From the NCBI GenBank assembly GCA_963708295.1, contig CAVPSJ010000017.1, positions 532,879-596,878 of the forward strand: 64,000 nt of DNA, given 5' to 3'. Of this stretch, positions 19,336 through 30,059 are shown piece by piece (position 1 is the first letter of the stretch; each line of letters opens with the position of its first letter). The notes under the pieces are model-generated. The model was not told where the DNA came from and made no database searches. It saw only the letters and a list, made by a program, of their open reading frames with translations. This DNA comes from an uncultured delta proteobacterium. Its GTDB lineage: Bacteria; Desulfobacterota; BSN033; UBA1163. The translations under genes and the position numbers were made by a program.

Positions 19336-20895
19336 CTAAAACCTGATGGACAAACCTCCGCCGATAGACCACTCTTTCCTGGCCATGTCTCCCTCCAGGA
19401 TGCCTGGGATATAGACCGTTTCGAATCCATCTCCTCTGAGGTTCAGCTTCTGATAGCCACCGGCAATGAATGGCTCAAGGCTGAATCGGTCAAACTTAAC
19501 CGTTCCTCCCAGCGAAGCCCCCAGGCCCCAGTGATAACCATCCAAGGAAGTACGACTACCGACTCCAACCGGAGAGCCGGAGGTTGTAAAGTTATATCTA
19601 AAATCCTCATCCACCCAGCCATAGAAGAACTCTATTCCCATTCTCAAGTCAACCGCTGGAGAAAGTTCCTTCTCTCCTGATAGCTTCAGTAGGACCTGGT
19701 TCTCCCGGTGGTCCGGGTAGTTACTATAATTGGTATCTATCCAATTCGCACCTTGAAACCACATAAAGTCAACGCTGTTCTTATTTTGCAGGTAGCGGTA
19801 GTAGATTCCCGCGGCAGCCCTTGTCCCTCTGGAGAATTCTTTATCGATACCTCCGCCAGCCTGTACCTGAAGGATTTTTTCTTCATTGGAATAATCCACA
19901 TTTGGAAAGAAAAAGCCGTTTGAGATCCCATCTCCATCCCTGGTCTTTCTTTGGTAATCTACCCTTGCAAGAAGAGGGAGGGAGAGCCCATTGGATAAGG
20001 GGACCCTCAACCAGAGGTCTTCTCCTATTCTCCAACCCTTAACGTTACCCTCTGTTCTCATGCCACTCAGGGTGGCCGGCGAAGTACTGAAAACACTCGT
20101 CGCATTGTATTCATTCTCTCCGCTGAAGATAAAGCCTCCCCTTATCGTGAAAGCCGCCTTCGCGGGGCCGATGGCGCCCTCCACCGACCCCTTGAAAAGG
20201 GCTTCCCAGAAATTTGAATCATAGGGAGTCATGAATGGCAGGAGATTTATCCAGGGTTCATCTCCACCAAACGGGCTGTTTGTATGAAATATGCGGATGG
20301 TATGGATGGGTGGCGATATATCTTCATTCATGAATGTTTCGTTTTCTTCCTGCCTGTAGGCCAGCTGGACTTCACCCCCAAGCCTGAATCTACCCAAGGG
20401 GAGACCATAGAGAAGCCTTAAGGCAAACGAATCCAACTCGTTTTCTAATTGATAAGTATGATAGTAAAAAGTAGGGACAAAAAGCTCTTTCTCATCCCCA
20501 TCATACTCGTTCCTCTTACCTGAATACTCGAAGAAAAGCCCCATCCTTCCCGGTCCCAGGGGAAAGGCAGCCCCGAGGAGACCGTTATGCTCGTAATCAT
20601 TCCCGGAGCCTCTATAGGGCCAGATTTCGACTATTGCCCCGGAAACAGGGTTGAAAAGATTCGAAGAATAGTCCCAGTCCGTCACATCTCGCCAGTTGAA
20701 ACGGTAGTGACCGTAAAAATTGGTGCCTTTGCCATCGGCGATTCCCGACGGATGGATGAGAAAATCGGATTCATCCTGCACAAGACCAAAAGGATCCCCC
20801 ATACCGGCCATCCTTCCCTGCCAGCCATGGCTGACTCCTGTAAGGGAAAGAGTCAATAAACCCACAGTCACAAAAACGAAAAGCCTTCTTCTCAT
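19336..20895 (-). CDS. Outer-membrane beta-barrel protein
   Basis: Signal peptide MRRRLFVFVTVGLLTLSLTGVSHG, alternating aromatic/Gly strands, C-terminal WSIGGGLSIRF (BAM signal). Confidence 0.8.
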   Translation of the reverse strand: MRRRLFVFVTVGLLTLSLTGVSHGWQGRMAGMGDPFGLVQDESDFLIHPSGIADGKGTNFYGHYRFNWRDVTDWDYSSNLFNPVSGAIVEIWPYRGSGNDYEHNGLLGAAFPLGPGRMGLFFEYSGKRNEYDGDEKELFVPTFYYHTYQLENELDSFALRLLYGLPLGRFRLGGEVQLAYRQEENETFMNEDISPPIHTIRIFHTNSPFGGDEPWINLLPFMTPYDSNFWEALFKGSVEGAIGPAKAAFTIRGGFIFSGENEYNATSVFSTSPATLSGMRTEGNVKGWRIGEDLWLRVPLSNGLSLPLLARVDYQRKTRDGDGISNGFFFPNVDYSNEEKILQVQAGGGIDKEFSRGTRAAAGIYYRYLQNKNSVDFMWFQGANWIDTNYSNYPDHRENQVLLKLSGEKELSPAVDLRMGIEFFYGWVDEDFRYNFTTSGSPVGVGSRTSLDGYHWGLGASLGGTVKFDRFSLEPFIAGGYQKLNLRGDGFETVYIPGILEGDMARKEWSIGGGLSIRF

Positions 20896-21267
20896 AAACA
20901 CTCCCTCCGAAAAAGTTTTTATTTGGGCAAAGTATCGTTTGAGATCGAGAAAAAAAGAACAAGCAAGTTGTATGCCCAAGAGAATAAGATTGTAAATAGA
21001 TGATTTATTTATATTTTTCTATGATTTTTAACTTTTTGAGAAAGAAAAAGGCAATTTTTTGTCAAAATGTGAGAATTTTTTGACCATCGAAAGCAGAATC
21101 TGTCCGAGGCTTTTTCGATCTCCAAAGGTTCCAATGGCCTGGTTTTCTGCGCATCTCCATGGATCGCCGTTGAAAGCTATTCTGACTTGACCTTACCTTG
21201 CGAGTATCCAGTTGAAAGTGATATAAATAATTGCTCTCGAAAGATGAAAATCCCCATCGATCCCCCT

Positions 21268-21350
21268 TTTGCCTGCCTCCAGCAGGGAAATGACGCAAAC
21301 GGGGGGAATTAGTCCTCCCTTTAGCAAAAGGGAGGAGAGGAGGGATTTGG
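21268..21350. repeat. REP-like palindromes (cccccttt...aagggggg family)
   Basis: Same family at about 5130-5207, 5450-5470, 7310-7430, 7679-7703, 11760, 34062-34101, 59380-59430 and 60290-60440. Confidence 0.7.
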
Positions 21351-21377
21351 AGAAGTTATTCCCAGGACGATTGGAAC

Positions 21378-22622
21378 ATGGAATCAAAACGAGTAGCCAT
21401 CACAGGATTAGGAGTATTCTGCTCTATTGGGAAAAATGGAGAGGAGTTTCTTCGATCCCTGAAACGTGGTCAGTCGGGTATCGGGACAATCACCCTGTTT
21501 GATACCTCGAAATACCCATGCAAAATCGGAGCAGAGATCAGAGATTATCGACCGGAAGAATTCTTCGCGAAAAAAGAACTGAAAAAGCTTTCCAGGGCGG
21601 ATCAGTTTGGCCTCCTCGCTTCGGAAGAGGCAGTGAAAGCCTCCGGGATTCATTCTTATCCTCCTGAAGAAGTGGGGGTTTGCTTGGGTGCGGGCGCAGG
21701 GGGAATGTTTGAAGCAGAGACCTATCACCGGGAAGTTCTTATTAAAGGAAAATCCAAACCTTCCCTTTTGTGGCCGTTTATACCCAGCTATACCACCGAT
21801 CGAATCGCGGAAAGGTTTGGATTTTCGGGTTCAAAGTTTACGGTGACCACGGCATGCAGTTCATCGGCCACGGCCATAGGCTATGGAGCCGATCTTATTC
21901 AAAGCGGGAAATGCAAAGTTGCTGTCTGTGGAGGAAGTGAAGCTCTGACGGAGCTCACCTTTGGTGGCTTTAGTTCCTTGAAGGCGGTAGATCCTTCTCC
22001 CTGTAGGCCCTTCGATCGAAAGAGGGCGGGGATGTCATTGGGCGAAGGCGCGGGCATCCTCATTTTAGAAGATTTGGACGAGGCGGAGAAAAGAGGCGCC
22101 AAAATCTTAGCTGAATTCTTGGGGTATGGAATCGGAGGAGAAGCTTATCACATTACGGCCCCGGAACCCACGGGAATGAACGAGGCCCGTATTATGAAGG
22201 AAGCACTCGAGGAAAGTGGGTTTGCCCCTACAGATGTGGATTATATTAATGCCCATGGGACCGGCACGCCGCTCAACGACAAAGTCGAAACGCTTTCCAT
22301 CAAAAATGCTTTTGGCAAGAGGGCCTATTCCATTCCCGTCAGCTCCATTAAATCATCGGTGGGTCATTGTCTGGGGGCTGCAGGAGCAATAGAAGCGATC
22401 GCGTCCGTCCTCTCTGTCGTCTATCAATTTATCCCTCCTACTCTCAATCACCAGGAGGGAGACGAAGAGTGCGATCTGGATTATGTTCGGGGAAAGGCTC
22501 GTGAGAAGGAAGTCAACGTCGTCCTCTCAAACTCCTTCGCCTTCGGTGGCAACTGCACCGCCCTGGTCTTGGGGAAAGCTCGTCCAAAGAAAACCTTGCC
22601 ATTTTCATCACCCCAGAAATGA
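21378..22622 (+). CDS. fabF: Beta-ketoacyl-ACP synthase II family, catalytically intact
   Basis: TTACSSS, YINAHGTGT, KSSVGHCLG (Cys-His-His), SNSFAFGG. Confidence 0.9.
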   Translation: MESKRVAITGLGVFCSIGKNGEEFLRSLKRGQSGIGTITLFDTSKYPCKIGAEIRDYRPEEFFAKKELKKLSRADQFGLLASEEAVKASGIHSYPPEEVGVCLGAGAGGMFEAETYHREVLIKGKSKPSLLWPFIPSYTTDRIAERFGFSGSKFTVTTACSSSATAIGYGADLIQSGKCKVAVCGGSEALTELTFGGFSSLKAVDPSPCRPFDRKRAGMSLGEGAGILILEDLDEAEKRGAKILAEFLGYGIGGEAYHITAPEPTGMNEARIMKEALEESGFAPTDVDYINAHGTGTPLNDKVETLSIKNAFGKRAYSIPVSSIKSSVGHCLGAAGAIEAIASVLSVVYQFIPPTLNHQEGDEECDLDYVRGKAREKEVNVVLSNSFAFGGNCTALVLGKARPKKTLPFSSPQK

Positions 22623-22646
22623 TAAACTGAATTTGTTGCAGACATC

Positions 22647-23825
22647 GTGGAACAAGCTAAGAATCGAAATCTCATTTTTATCTCGCTCTCCCAGTTCGGC
22701 ATGGCCTCCTCTGTGAACTTCATCACGGTGATGCTGCCCTTCTATGTCTTGAAAATTAGCCCTTATTCACCCCAGGAGACACTGATATGGATTGGGTGGA
22801 TCATGGGGGCATCTGGTATTGTCATCATTTTCGCATCGAACTTCTGGGGCATGCTCACATCCCGCTTCAGTCCTAAATTGCTTTACATGAGGGGGCTCCT
22901 TGCCAATCTCGTGCTCTTCTTCTTAATGGGATTCACTTCAGACCTCCGTGTCCTGCTTCGTCCTAGGATACTGCAGGGGGTATTTGGAGGGATCTCCACC
23001 GTGGGGCTCCTTATCATTTCCGCTTCTTCATCGCAAGAAAAGATTTCTTCGGATATCGGTTTCTTCCAAACCTTCCAAACATTGGGTTTTCTGGCGGGAC
23101 CTCCGATGGGAGCGTTTGCTGCATCGGTATTCGGTTATCGGGGCGCCTTCGTGAGCGCTTCGTTCATTCTCTTTGTCGTTCTGGTTTTCTGTCAACTTTA
23201 CGTGAAGGACATTCCTCTTCAACAAGAAAAAGAGAGCTTCTTCGGGCGGAGTAATATAAATCGGCAAACGGTCATGGGATGGTTACTCTCTTTTATGGTG
23301 ATGGTTCAATTAATGTTCTTGCCGAGCATCCTTCCCAATGTTCTTGAAAGATTCGACCTGGGAAAAAGTGTTGCCCTAGAATGGGCCGGGTTGGTGATCA
23401 TGTTTTACACCGGCACGGCGACTTTCAGCACCTATTTTTGGCCTAAGTTTTCTCGAAGAGTAGGAATCAAGAAAATGATTCTCTTGATCGTTCTGCTGGG
23501 GTCTGTTTTCCAAGCCTTACTCTCTTTCAGCAGGGGGACCATGGACTTCATCGTCATCCGGATGATTCAGACCGGGCTGATCGCGGGCGCCATTCCGTTG
23601 GTGATCTCAATTTTTGCGGTACGGCAGAAGGGGAACGTCATCGGTTTTTTGAATTCCGGGAGATTTGCGGGAACCGCATTAGGACCCATTATGGCTACCT
23701 CTGTCCTGGCCATTTCTAATTTGCCAACCCTCTATCTGTTGATCAGTGGATTGACCTTGCTGGCTTTGTTTGCTTTCAACTTCTCATTGAAGGTTGGAGG
23801 GCAGGAGGTCATTTCATCGGGATGA
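22647..23825 (+). CDS. MFS transporter
   Basis: About 12 TM; WGMLTSRFSPK (motif A-like), RILQGVFGG, GPPMG. Confidence 0.88.
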   Translation: MEQAKNRNLIFISLSQFGMASSVNFITVMLPFYVLKISPYSPQETLIWIGWIMGASGIVIIFASNFWGMLTSRFSPKLLYMRGLLANLVLFFLMGFTSDLRVLLRPRILQGVFGGISTVGLLIISASSSQEKISSDIGFFQTFQTLGFLAGPPMGAFAASVFGYRGAFVSASFILFVVLVFCQLYVKDIPLQQEKESFFGRSNINRQTVMGWLLSFMVMVQLMFLPSILPNVLERFDLGKSVALEWAGLVIMFYTGTATFSTYFWPKFSRRVGIKKMILLIVLLGSVFQALLSFSRGTMDFIVIRMIQTGLIAGAIPLVISIFAVRQKGNVIGFLNSGRFAGTALGPIMATSVLAISNLPTLYLLISGLTLLALFAFNFSLKVGGQEVISSG

Positions 23826-23843
23826 GACGGTGTAAGAAGCTGG

Positions 23844-23965
23844 GGAGAAGTTCGAGAGCCTGGCCGGAGGGTGATGGCAAGAGAAGGATCGATGCCATCG
23901 TTGAGACCATTGAAAAATTCGAAAAGTTGGATGATATTAGGACACTGACACGGCTTCTTGAATAA
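23844..23965 (+). pseudogene. C-terminal remnant of an MmgE/PrpD-family gene
   Basis: EKFESLA, then across a frameshift RRIDAIVETIEKFEKLDDIRTLTRLLE*. Confidence 0.5.
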
Positions 23966-24253
23966 AAGGCTGATTCCATACAAAATGATTAGAGGGGAGA
24001 GTTGAAAAGACCTGTGATCCTTCAGGCCATGCGAAGGAAGAGCACTTTTAGATGCACGATCATGCGGGGAGGGACAGCAGGGGATCTTTCTTAGGCGGAG
24101 GATCTTCCAAAGATCCTCCGCTGAGGACCGAATTGTCCCGGCGATCTTTGGAAGTCCTGACATCCGCCAGACCGATGGTCGGGGGGTGCGGATTCAATGA
24201 TCCGCTGAAAGACAAAACAAAAAAAGGAATGGACACGGGAGGAGTGAAATAGG

Positions 24254-26192
24254 ATGGGAAAGAATCTCGTTGAGAAAATTCTGGACACGCATTTAATATC
24301 AGGTCAGATTCGCCAGGGGCAGACCATCGCGATCTCCATCGATCAAACCTTGATCCAAGATGCCACAGGGACGATGGCTGCCTTACAGTTCGAAGCCCTG
24401 TCCATTCCCAGGGTCAAAACCAAGCTCTCCGTGGCCTATATAGACCATAACACCCTCCAGCTGGGTTTCGAAAATGCCGACGACCATCTTTACCTCCAGA
24501 GTTTTGCAGCGAAGTATGGGCTCTACTTTTCAAGAGCCGGGAAACGGGATTTGTCACCAGGTTCATCTAGAAAGGTTTGCTCTCCCGGGGCAAACCCTTT
24601 TGGGAGCGGACAGTCATACTCCAACCTGCGGAGGAATGGGAATGTTGAGTGTCGGGGTAGGGGGCTTGGATGTCGCATTGGCCATGGCAGGGGAGCCTTT
24701 TTACATCCGTGTGCCCAAGGTTGTCGGGGTGAACCTGGTGGGTCAACGGCCTCCCTGGGTGAGCGCAAAGGATATCATTCTTGAGATGCTTCGCCACTTC
24801 ACCGTGAAAGGGGGAGTGGCAAAGGCTTTCGAATATGGTGGACCCGGGGTGAAGAGCTTAACCGTCCCGGAACGGGCGACCATCACCAATATGGGAGCGG
24901 AACTCGGAGCCACCACATCGATTTTTCCGAGCGACGAGATGACCCGCACTTTCTTAAAGGCTCAGAAAAGAGAGAAAGGGTGGATTCCGCTGGGTCCTGA
25001 TTCCGATGCAAGCTATGATGAGGTCTGGGAGATTGACCTGGGAAAGCTGGAACCCCTGATCGCGCAACCCCACAGTCCGGACCGTGTTCGCTCTGTGAGA
25101 GAAGTGGAGGGGCTTCGGGTAGATCAGGTTGCCATCGGGAGCTGCACCAACTCATCCTACCAGGATATGATGACGGTGGCTTCGGTTCTAAAAGGGAAAA
25201 CGATCTCTGCAAATGTCAGCCTCGTCATCTCGCCGGGCTCGAGACAGGTTCTCATGATGCTGGCTTCAAAGGGTGCTCTTTTAGATCTTCTCGATTCAGG
25301 GGCTCGAATTTTAGAAAGTACGTGCGGCCCGTGCATTGGGATGGGACAGGCTCCGTGCACGGATGGAGTTTCCCTCAGGACCTTTAACCGGAATTTTCAG
25401 GGGAGATCCGGAACCCAGAGCGCTCAAGTCTACCTGGTCAGCCCCGAGGTGGCTGCTGTTTCTGCACTCAAGGGAGTGATCACGGACCCTCGTAAACTGG
25501 GAAGTCCCCCTTCTATCGATTTGCCGGAAACTTATCCTGTCGAGGACAGCATGCTTATCCCTCCTCTATCAGCCGACAAAGGCGAGAAGGCGGAAACCAT
25601 CCGGGGACCCAATATCAAGCCCGTTCCGTTGAAGGGACCTTTGCCGAAACAGTTGAAGGGCCGCGTTTTGATAAAAGTTGCAGACAATGCCACCACGGAT
25701 GACATCATCCCGGCAGGAGCCAGGGTTCTTCCGCTCCGTTCAAATGTCCCCGCCATTTCTGAATATGTCTTTGAAAGACTGGATCCCTCGTTTGCCAAGA
25801 GAGCAAAAGAATCCAAAGGTGGGTTTATCGTTGCGGGACATAATTACGGTCAGGGGTCGAGTCGGGAACATGCTGCCTTATGCCCGATGTTTCTCGGAGT
25901 TCAGGCGGTGATCGCCCAGTCGTTTGCCCGAATCCATCTGGCGAACTTGATCAACTTCGGCATTCTTCCCTTGATCTTCAAAGAAGAAGGGGATTACCAG
26001 GTTTTGGAGCAGGGAGATGAGGTTGAGATCGCGGTCGGGGATCTGGGAGAAAAGGTCACCCTGGTCAACGTGACAAAGAAGAAGGAAATCCCGCTCATTC
26101 CCGTGTTGGATGAAAGAGAGAAGGTTCTCGTAAGAAGTGGAGGGGCATTGCCGTTTGTCAAAGGGAAAGGGTCGGGGTTATGGACAGATTAG
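24254..26192 (+). CDS. acn: Aconitate hydratase (one frameshift at ~24535)
   Basis: DQTLIQDATG, IDHN, GNGICHQVH, GADSHT, IGSCTN, CGPCIG, NRNF.GR, NYGQGSSREHA. Confidence 0.92.
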
Positions 26193-26219
26193 TGAAATAT
26201 CATCCGGAGGAAAAGGACA

Positions 26220-27434
26220 ATGGCCGACAAGATTGAGATTAGTTCAAACGGAAGTTTACAGGTTCCAGACGCTCCGGTGATTCCATACATCGAAGGCGAT
26301 GGGGTGGGCCCGGATATTTGGAAAGCATCGGTCCGGGTCTTTGATGCAGCGATTCAGAAATCTTATAGAGGGAAGAAGAAGGTTCACTGGCTTGAAGTCT
26401 ATGCAGGAGAGAAGGCATTCCAACTGAAAAAAGAGTGGGCTCCTGACGAGACGATCGAGGCCATTCGAGAATATAAAGTGGGGATCAAAGGACCGTTGAC
26501 CACTCCCGTCGGCGGAGGGATCCGAAGCGTTAATGTGCTTTTGCGACAGCGGCTCGACCTCTACGCCTGCATCCGACCCGTCAAGTACATCCCGGGGACA
26601 CCCAGCCCGGTAAAGCATCCGGAGAAGATGGACATGGTGGTCTTCCGTGAGAACACGGAGGACGTGTATGCAGGGATCGAGTGGATGGCAGGGACAGAGG
26701 AGGCTTCAAGGGTCAGACTGTTTCTTGAGAGAGAGATGGGAAAGAAGATCAGGGAAGATTCCAGTATAGGAATTAAACCGATGAGTCGCTTCGGGACAAA
26801 ACGCCTGGTCCGTATGGCCATTCAATATGCGCTTTCTCACGGCCGGAAGAGTGTCACCCTGGTTCATAAAGGAAACATCATGAAGTTTACCGAGGGGGCG
26901 TTTCGCGATTGGGGGTATGAGGTGGCCCGGGAGGAATTTCGAGATAAGATTCTCCTGGAGAGTGAGTTGGGTGAGAGGAAGATGACGAATCCCCCCAAGG
27001 GGAAGATCTTTCTAAAGGATCGAATTGCCGACGCCATGTTTCAACAAATCCTCCTGAGGCCTGAGGAGTATGATGTGCTTGCGATGCCAAATCTGAATGG
27101 AGATTATATGTCTGATGCCCTGGCAGCCCAGGTGGGAGGCCTGGGCATGGCCCCCGGGGGAAACATCGGAGATCGGGCCGCCGTTTTTGAAGCGACCCAT
27201 GGGACAGCCCCCAAATATGCGGACAGGGACATGATCAATCCGGGGTCCGTGATCCTTTCCGGGGCGATGATGTTTGACTATCTGGGTTGGCCGGAAGTGA
27301 GAAAAAAAATTGTGAAGGCCCTGGAGAAGACCATCTCAAAGAGGATTGTTACCTATGACCTTGCCCGGCAAATGAGGGGAGCCAGGAAGGTCAAATGTTC
27401 TGAATTTGCCTCTGCGATCATTGAAAACCTTTGA
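26220..27434 (+). CDS. icd: NADP-dependent isocitrate dehydrogenase
   Basis: [61 protein letters not shown]. Confidence 0.96.
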   Translation: MADKIEISSNGSLQVPDAPVIPYIEGDGVGPDIWKASVRVFDAAIQKSYRGKKKVHWLEVYAGEKAFQLKKEWAPDETIEAIREYKVGIKGPLTTPVGGGIRSVNVLLRQRLDLYACIRPVKYIPGTPSPVKHPEKMDMVVFRENTEDVYAGIEWMAGTEEASRVRLFLEREMGKKIREDSSIGIKPMSRFGTKRLVRMAIQYALSHGRKSVTLVHKGNIMKFTEGAFRDWGYEVAREEFRDKILLESELGERKMTNPPKGKIFLKDRIADAMFQQILLRPEEYDVLAMPNLNGDYMSDALAAQVGGLGMAPGGNIGDRAAVFEATHGTAPKYADRDMINPGSVILSGAMMFDYLGWPEVRKKIVKALEKTISKRIVTYDLARQMRGARKVKCSEFASAIIENL

Positions 27435-27562
27435 CAACCCCTGCTTTTTTAAATTATTATCCCTAAACGAAGGGTCGATTATTCGGTCAACCCCGCTCTC
27501 CCCTCTTCATAAAGAGAAGCGAGGGTGTGTCTTGCCGTTAACGTAAAAAAGCTTTATATCTT

Positions 27563-27704
27563 GGGCTGCTCAAAAATGCCCCTGCCTTCGTGCAGGCAGG
27601 CAGATGCAAGTTGAGTCTGCGAAACCCGTTTACGAGGTCCCCCGAAATCCTTTGCGGGGAACGGTTTGAAACCGTTCCCTACGGATGTACACCGCAATAA
27701 GAGG
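27563..27704. mobile_element. Partial MITE (gctgctcaaaaa family) with nested REP hairpin
   Basis: gggctgctcaaaaatg...cagatgcaag end plus gggaacggtttgaaaccgttccctac, which also occurs at ~32236-32264. Confidence 0.6.
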
Positions 27705-28019
27705 ATGGCAGAGAAGAAGAAAAAGAAGGAGACGCCGAAGATAGACATCTTTAAGGCCTGGTGCAAGGCATGCGGGATTTGTGTGGCCTTCTGCCCGACC
27801 GGCGCCTTGGCCAAAGACGAGGCGGGCAATCCTTATGTGAAGGATATTGACAAATGTATCAATTGCGGATGGTGCGAGATCCGGTGCCCGGATTTTGCCA
27901 TCACCGTGGAGACGAAAACCATAGGGACAAAGAGGGTAGAAGTAAAAGGTGGAGAAGAGGAGTCGAAACCCAAAGAAGAAGACGTTTCGCCGGAAAGAAT
28001 TGCTGCTTCAGGGGAATGA
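27705..28019 (+). CDS. korD: 2-oxoglutarate:ferredoxin oxidoreductase delta subunit (2x4Fe-4S)
   Basis: WCKACGICVAFCP and KCINCGWCEIRCPDFAI. Confidence 0.88.
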   Translation: MAEKKKKKETPKIDIFKAWCKACGICVAFCPTGALAKDEAGNPYVKDIDKCINCGWCEIRCPDFAITVETKTIGTKRVEVKGGEEESKPKEEDVSPERIAASGE

Positions 28020-29118
28020 AGCCGTGGTCGAGGGAGCCCTCCGGGCAGGCTGCCGCTTCTTCGCAGGTTATCCCATCACCCCAGCCACGGAGATCTCTGA
28101 AATCCTTTCCGTCAGACTTCCCCAGGTAGCCGGGACCTTTATCCAAATGGAGGATGAGATCGCGAGCCTGGGCGCGGTGATCGGTGCCTCTCTGGCAGGG
28201 GCGAAGTCGATGACCGCGACCAGTGGTCCAGGGTTTTCTCTGATGCAGGAGAACCTGGGTTTTGCGATCATCGCTGAAGTTCCCTGTGTCGTCGTCAATG
28301 TCATGCGGGGGGGACCCAGCACCGGACTCCCGACCTTTCCTTCTCAAAGCGATGTGATGCAGGCACGATGGGGAACCCATGGCGATCATCCTGCGATTGT
28401 TCTTTCCGCTTCCACCGTCCGTGAATGTTATGACATGACGATCAAGTCGTTCAACTTCTCTGAAAAATTTCGGACGCCCGTTGTCCTCCTGATCGACGAA
28501 GTCGTCGCTCACATGCGGGAGAAGATCGTTCTTTCAGAGGAGGAAGAGGTCGAGACATTTGATCGGATTAAACCCACCGTTCCCCCGGAATGGTACATTC
28601 CCTATGAGGATACCCCGGGCGGTATTCCGGCCATGGCCAATTTCGGCGAGGGTTATCGATATCACGTGACGGGCCTCACCCATGACATTCGAGGTTTTCC
28701 CACATCGAGGGCCGATGAGATTGGACCCTTTATCGCGAGGCTCCATCGGAAGATCAGCCAGCATTTCGCAGAGATTCAGATGGCTGAATTTTTTCAAACA
28801 GAAGATGCTGAGATCACGATCGTCGCCTACGGATGTGTGGCCCGGTCCGCCAAGAGAGCGATGATTCAGGCGAGGGAGAAGGGGATCAAAGTAGGACATC
28901 TCAAGCTCGTGACCCTCTGGCCCTTTGTGCGATCCGCCGTTGAGAAGATCCTCCAGACCTCGAAAATCTTGGTTGTTCCCGAGATGAATATGGGGCAGCT
29001 CTCGAGAGAAGTCAAACGGGTGAGCCGGGGAGCCGCAAGGGTCTACGCTTTGAACAAAGTCGATGGGACGATCATTACTCCGGAAGAGATATTGAATCGA
29101 ATCCTGGAGGTTTCCTGA
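27949..29118 (+). CDS. korA: 2-oxoglutarate:ferredoxin oxidoreductase alpha subunit (start uncertain)
   Basis: QGNEA, FFAGYPITP, QMEDEI, TATSGPGFSLMQE, RGGPSTG. Confidence 0.92.
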   Translation: MEKRSRNPKKKTFRRKELLLQGNEAVVEGALRAGCRFFAGYPITPATEISEILSVRLPQVAGTFIQMEDEIASLGAVIGASLAGAKSMTATSGPGFSLMQENLGFAIIAEVPCVVVNVMRGGPSTGLPTFPSQSDVMQARWGTHGDHPAIVLSASTVRECYDMTIKSFNFSEKFRTPVVLLIDEVVAHMREKIVLSEEEEVETFDRIKPTVPPEWYIPYEDTPGGIPAMANFGEGYRYHVTGLTHDIRGFPTSRADEIGPFIARLHRKISQHFAEIQMAEFFQTEDAEITIVAYGCVARSAKRAMIQAREKGIKVGHLKLVTLWPFVRSAVEKILQTSKILVVPEMNMGQLSREVKRVSRGAARVYALNKVDGTIITPEEILNRILEVS

Positions 29119-29954
29119 TGGCAGAGATTACCAAACTCATCCACAAATATCTTCGGCACGACAAGAAGTTTCCCCACGTCTGGTGCCCGGGCTGCGGAAT
29201 CGGGATCATGTTAGGCGCCCTCATCCGGGCCATCGATCGGGTGGGTTTCGAGAAGGATGAGATTGTTTTGGTCTCAGGCATCGGATGCTCGGGAAGACTT
29301 CCCGTCTACGTGGATTTTAACACGCTGCATACCACCCACGGCCGCGCCCTCACCTTTGCGACGGGGGTGAAGCTGGCCAAACCCGGCCTGAAGGTTATTG
29401 TGATTATGGGGGATGGGGATGCCGTGGCCATCGGCGGGAATCATTTCATTCACGCCGCCCGGAGGAATATCGATGTGACGTCCATCATTCTCAACAACAG
29501 TATCTACGGGATGACGGGCGGGCAGTCCTCTCCGACGACCCCGTATGGCATGAGATCCTCAACGACGATTTATTCCAGTATCGAGCAGGCTTTCAAGATT
29601 TCGGAGTTAGCCATCACGGCGGGAGCGGTTTTTGTGGGGAGAGGAACCGTCTATCACGCCAAGCTTTTGGATAGCCTGATCGAGCAGGCATTATTGAAGC
29701 CGGGTTTTTCGACGGTCGAGGTGATCGCTCACTGCCACACCCAATACGGCAGGCAAAATCGTCTGGGGACGGCTGTCGAGATGATGGAGTGGCAGCGAGA
29801 TCATGCCGTCGAGGCGAAGAAGGCCGCCACCATGAAACCCGAGGAGTTGAAGGAAAAGATCGTGATTGGAGTCCTGGTGGATAAGGAGCTTCCAGTCTAT
29901 CAGGACGAGTATGAGAAGATTCGGGAGAGGGCGAAAGGAACGGTAGGGAGATAA
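29118..29954 (+). CDS. korB: 2-oxoglutarate:ferredoxin oxidoreductase beta subunit
   Basis: WCPGCG, SGIGCS, HTTHGRA, GDGD...IGGNH, YGMTGGQ.SPTTP. Confidence 0.93.
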   Translation: MAEITKLIHKYLRHDKKFPHVWCPGCGIGIMLGALIRAIDRVGFEKDEIVLVSGIGCSGRLPVYVDFNTLHTTHGRALTFATGVKLAKPGLKVIVIMGDGDAVAIGGNHFIHAARRNIDVTSIILNNSIYGMTGGQSSPTTPYGMRSSTTIYSSIEQAFKISELAITAGAVFVGRGTVYHAKLLDSLIEQALLKPGFSTVEVIAHCHTQYGRQNRLGTAVEMMEWQRDHAVEAKKAATMKPEELKEKIVIGVLVDKELPVYQDEYEKIRERAKGTVGR

Positions 29955-30059
29955 GGTGACAGGGTGATCGGGGGGTGGATTTTCCCCTAACTCCCCATCT
30001 CCCCATCACCCCATCGTGACCCAAAGGCCACATTCGGATATCTCCGTTTGGGAGTTAAA

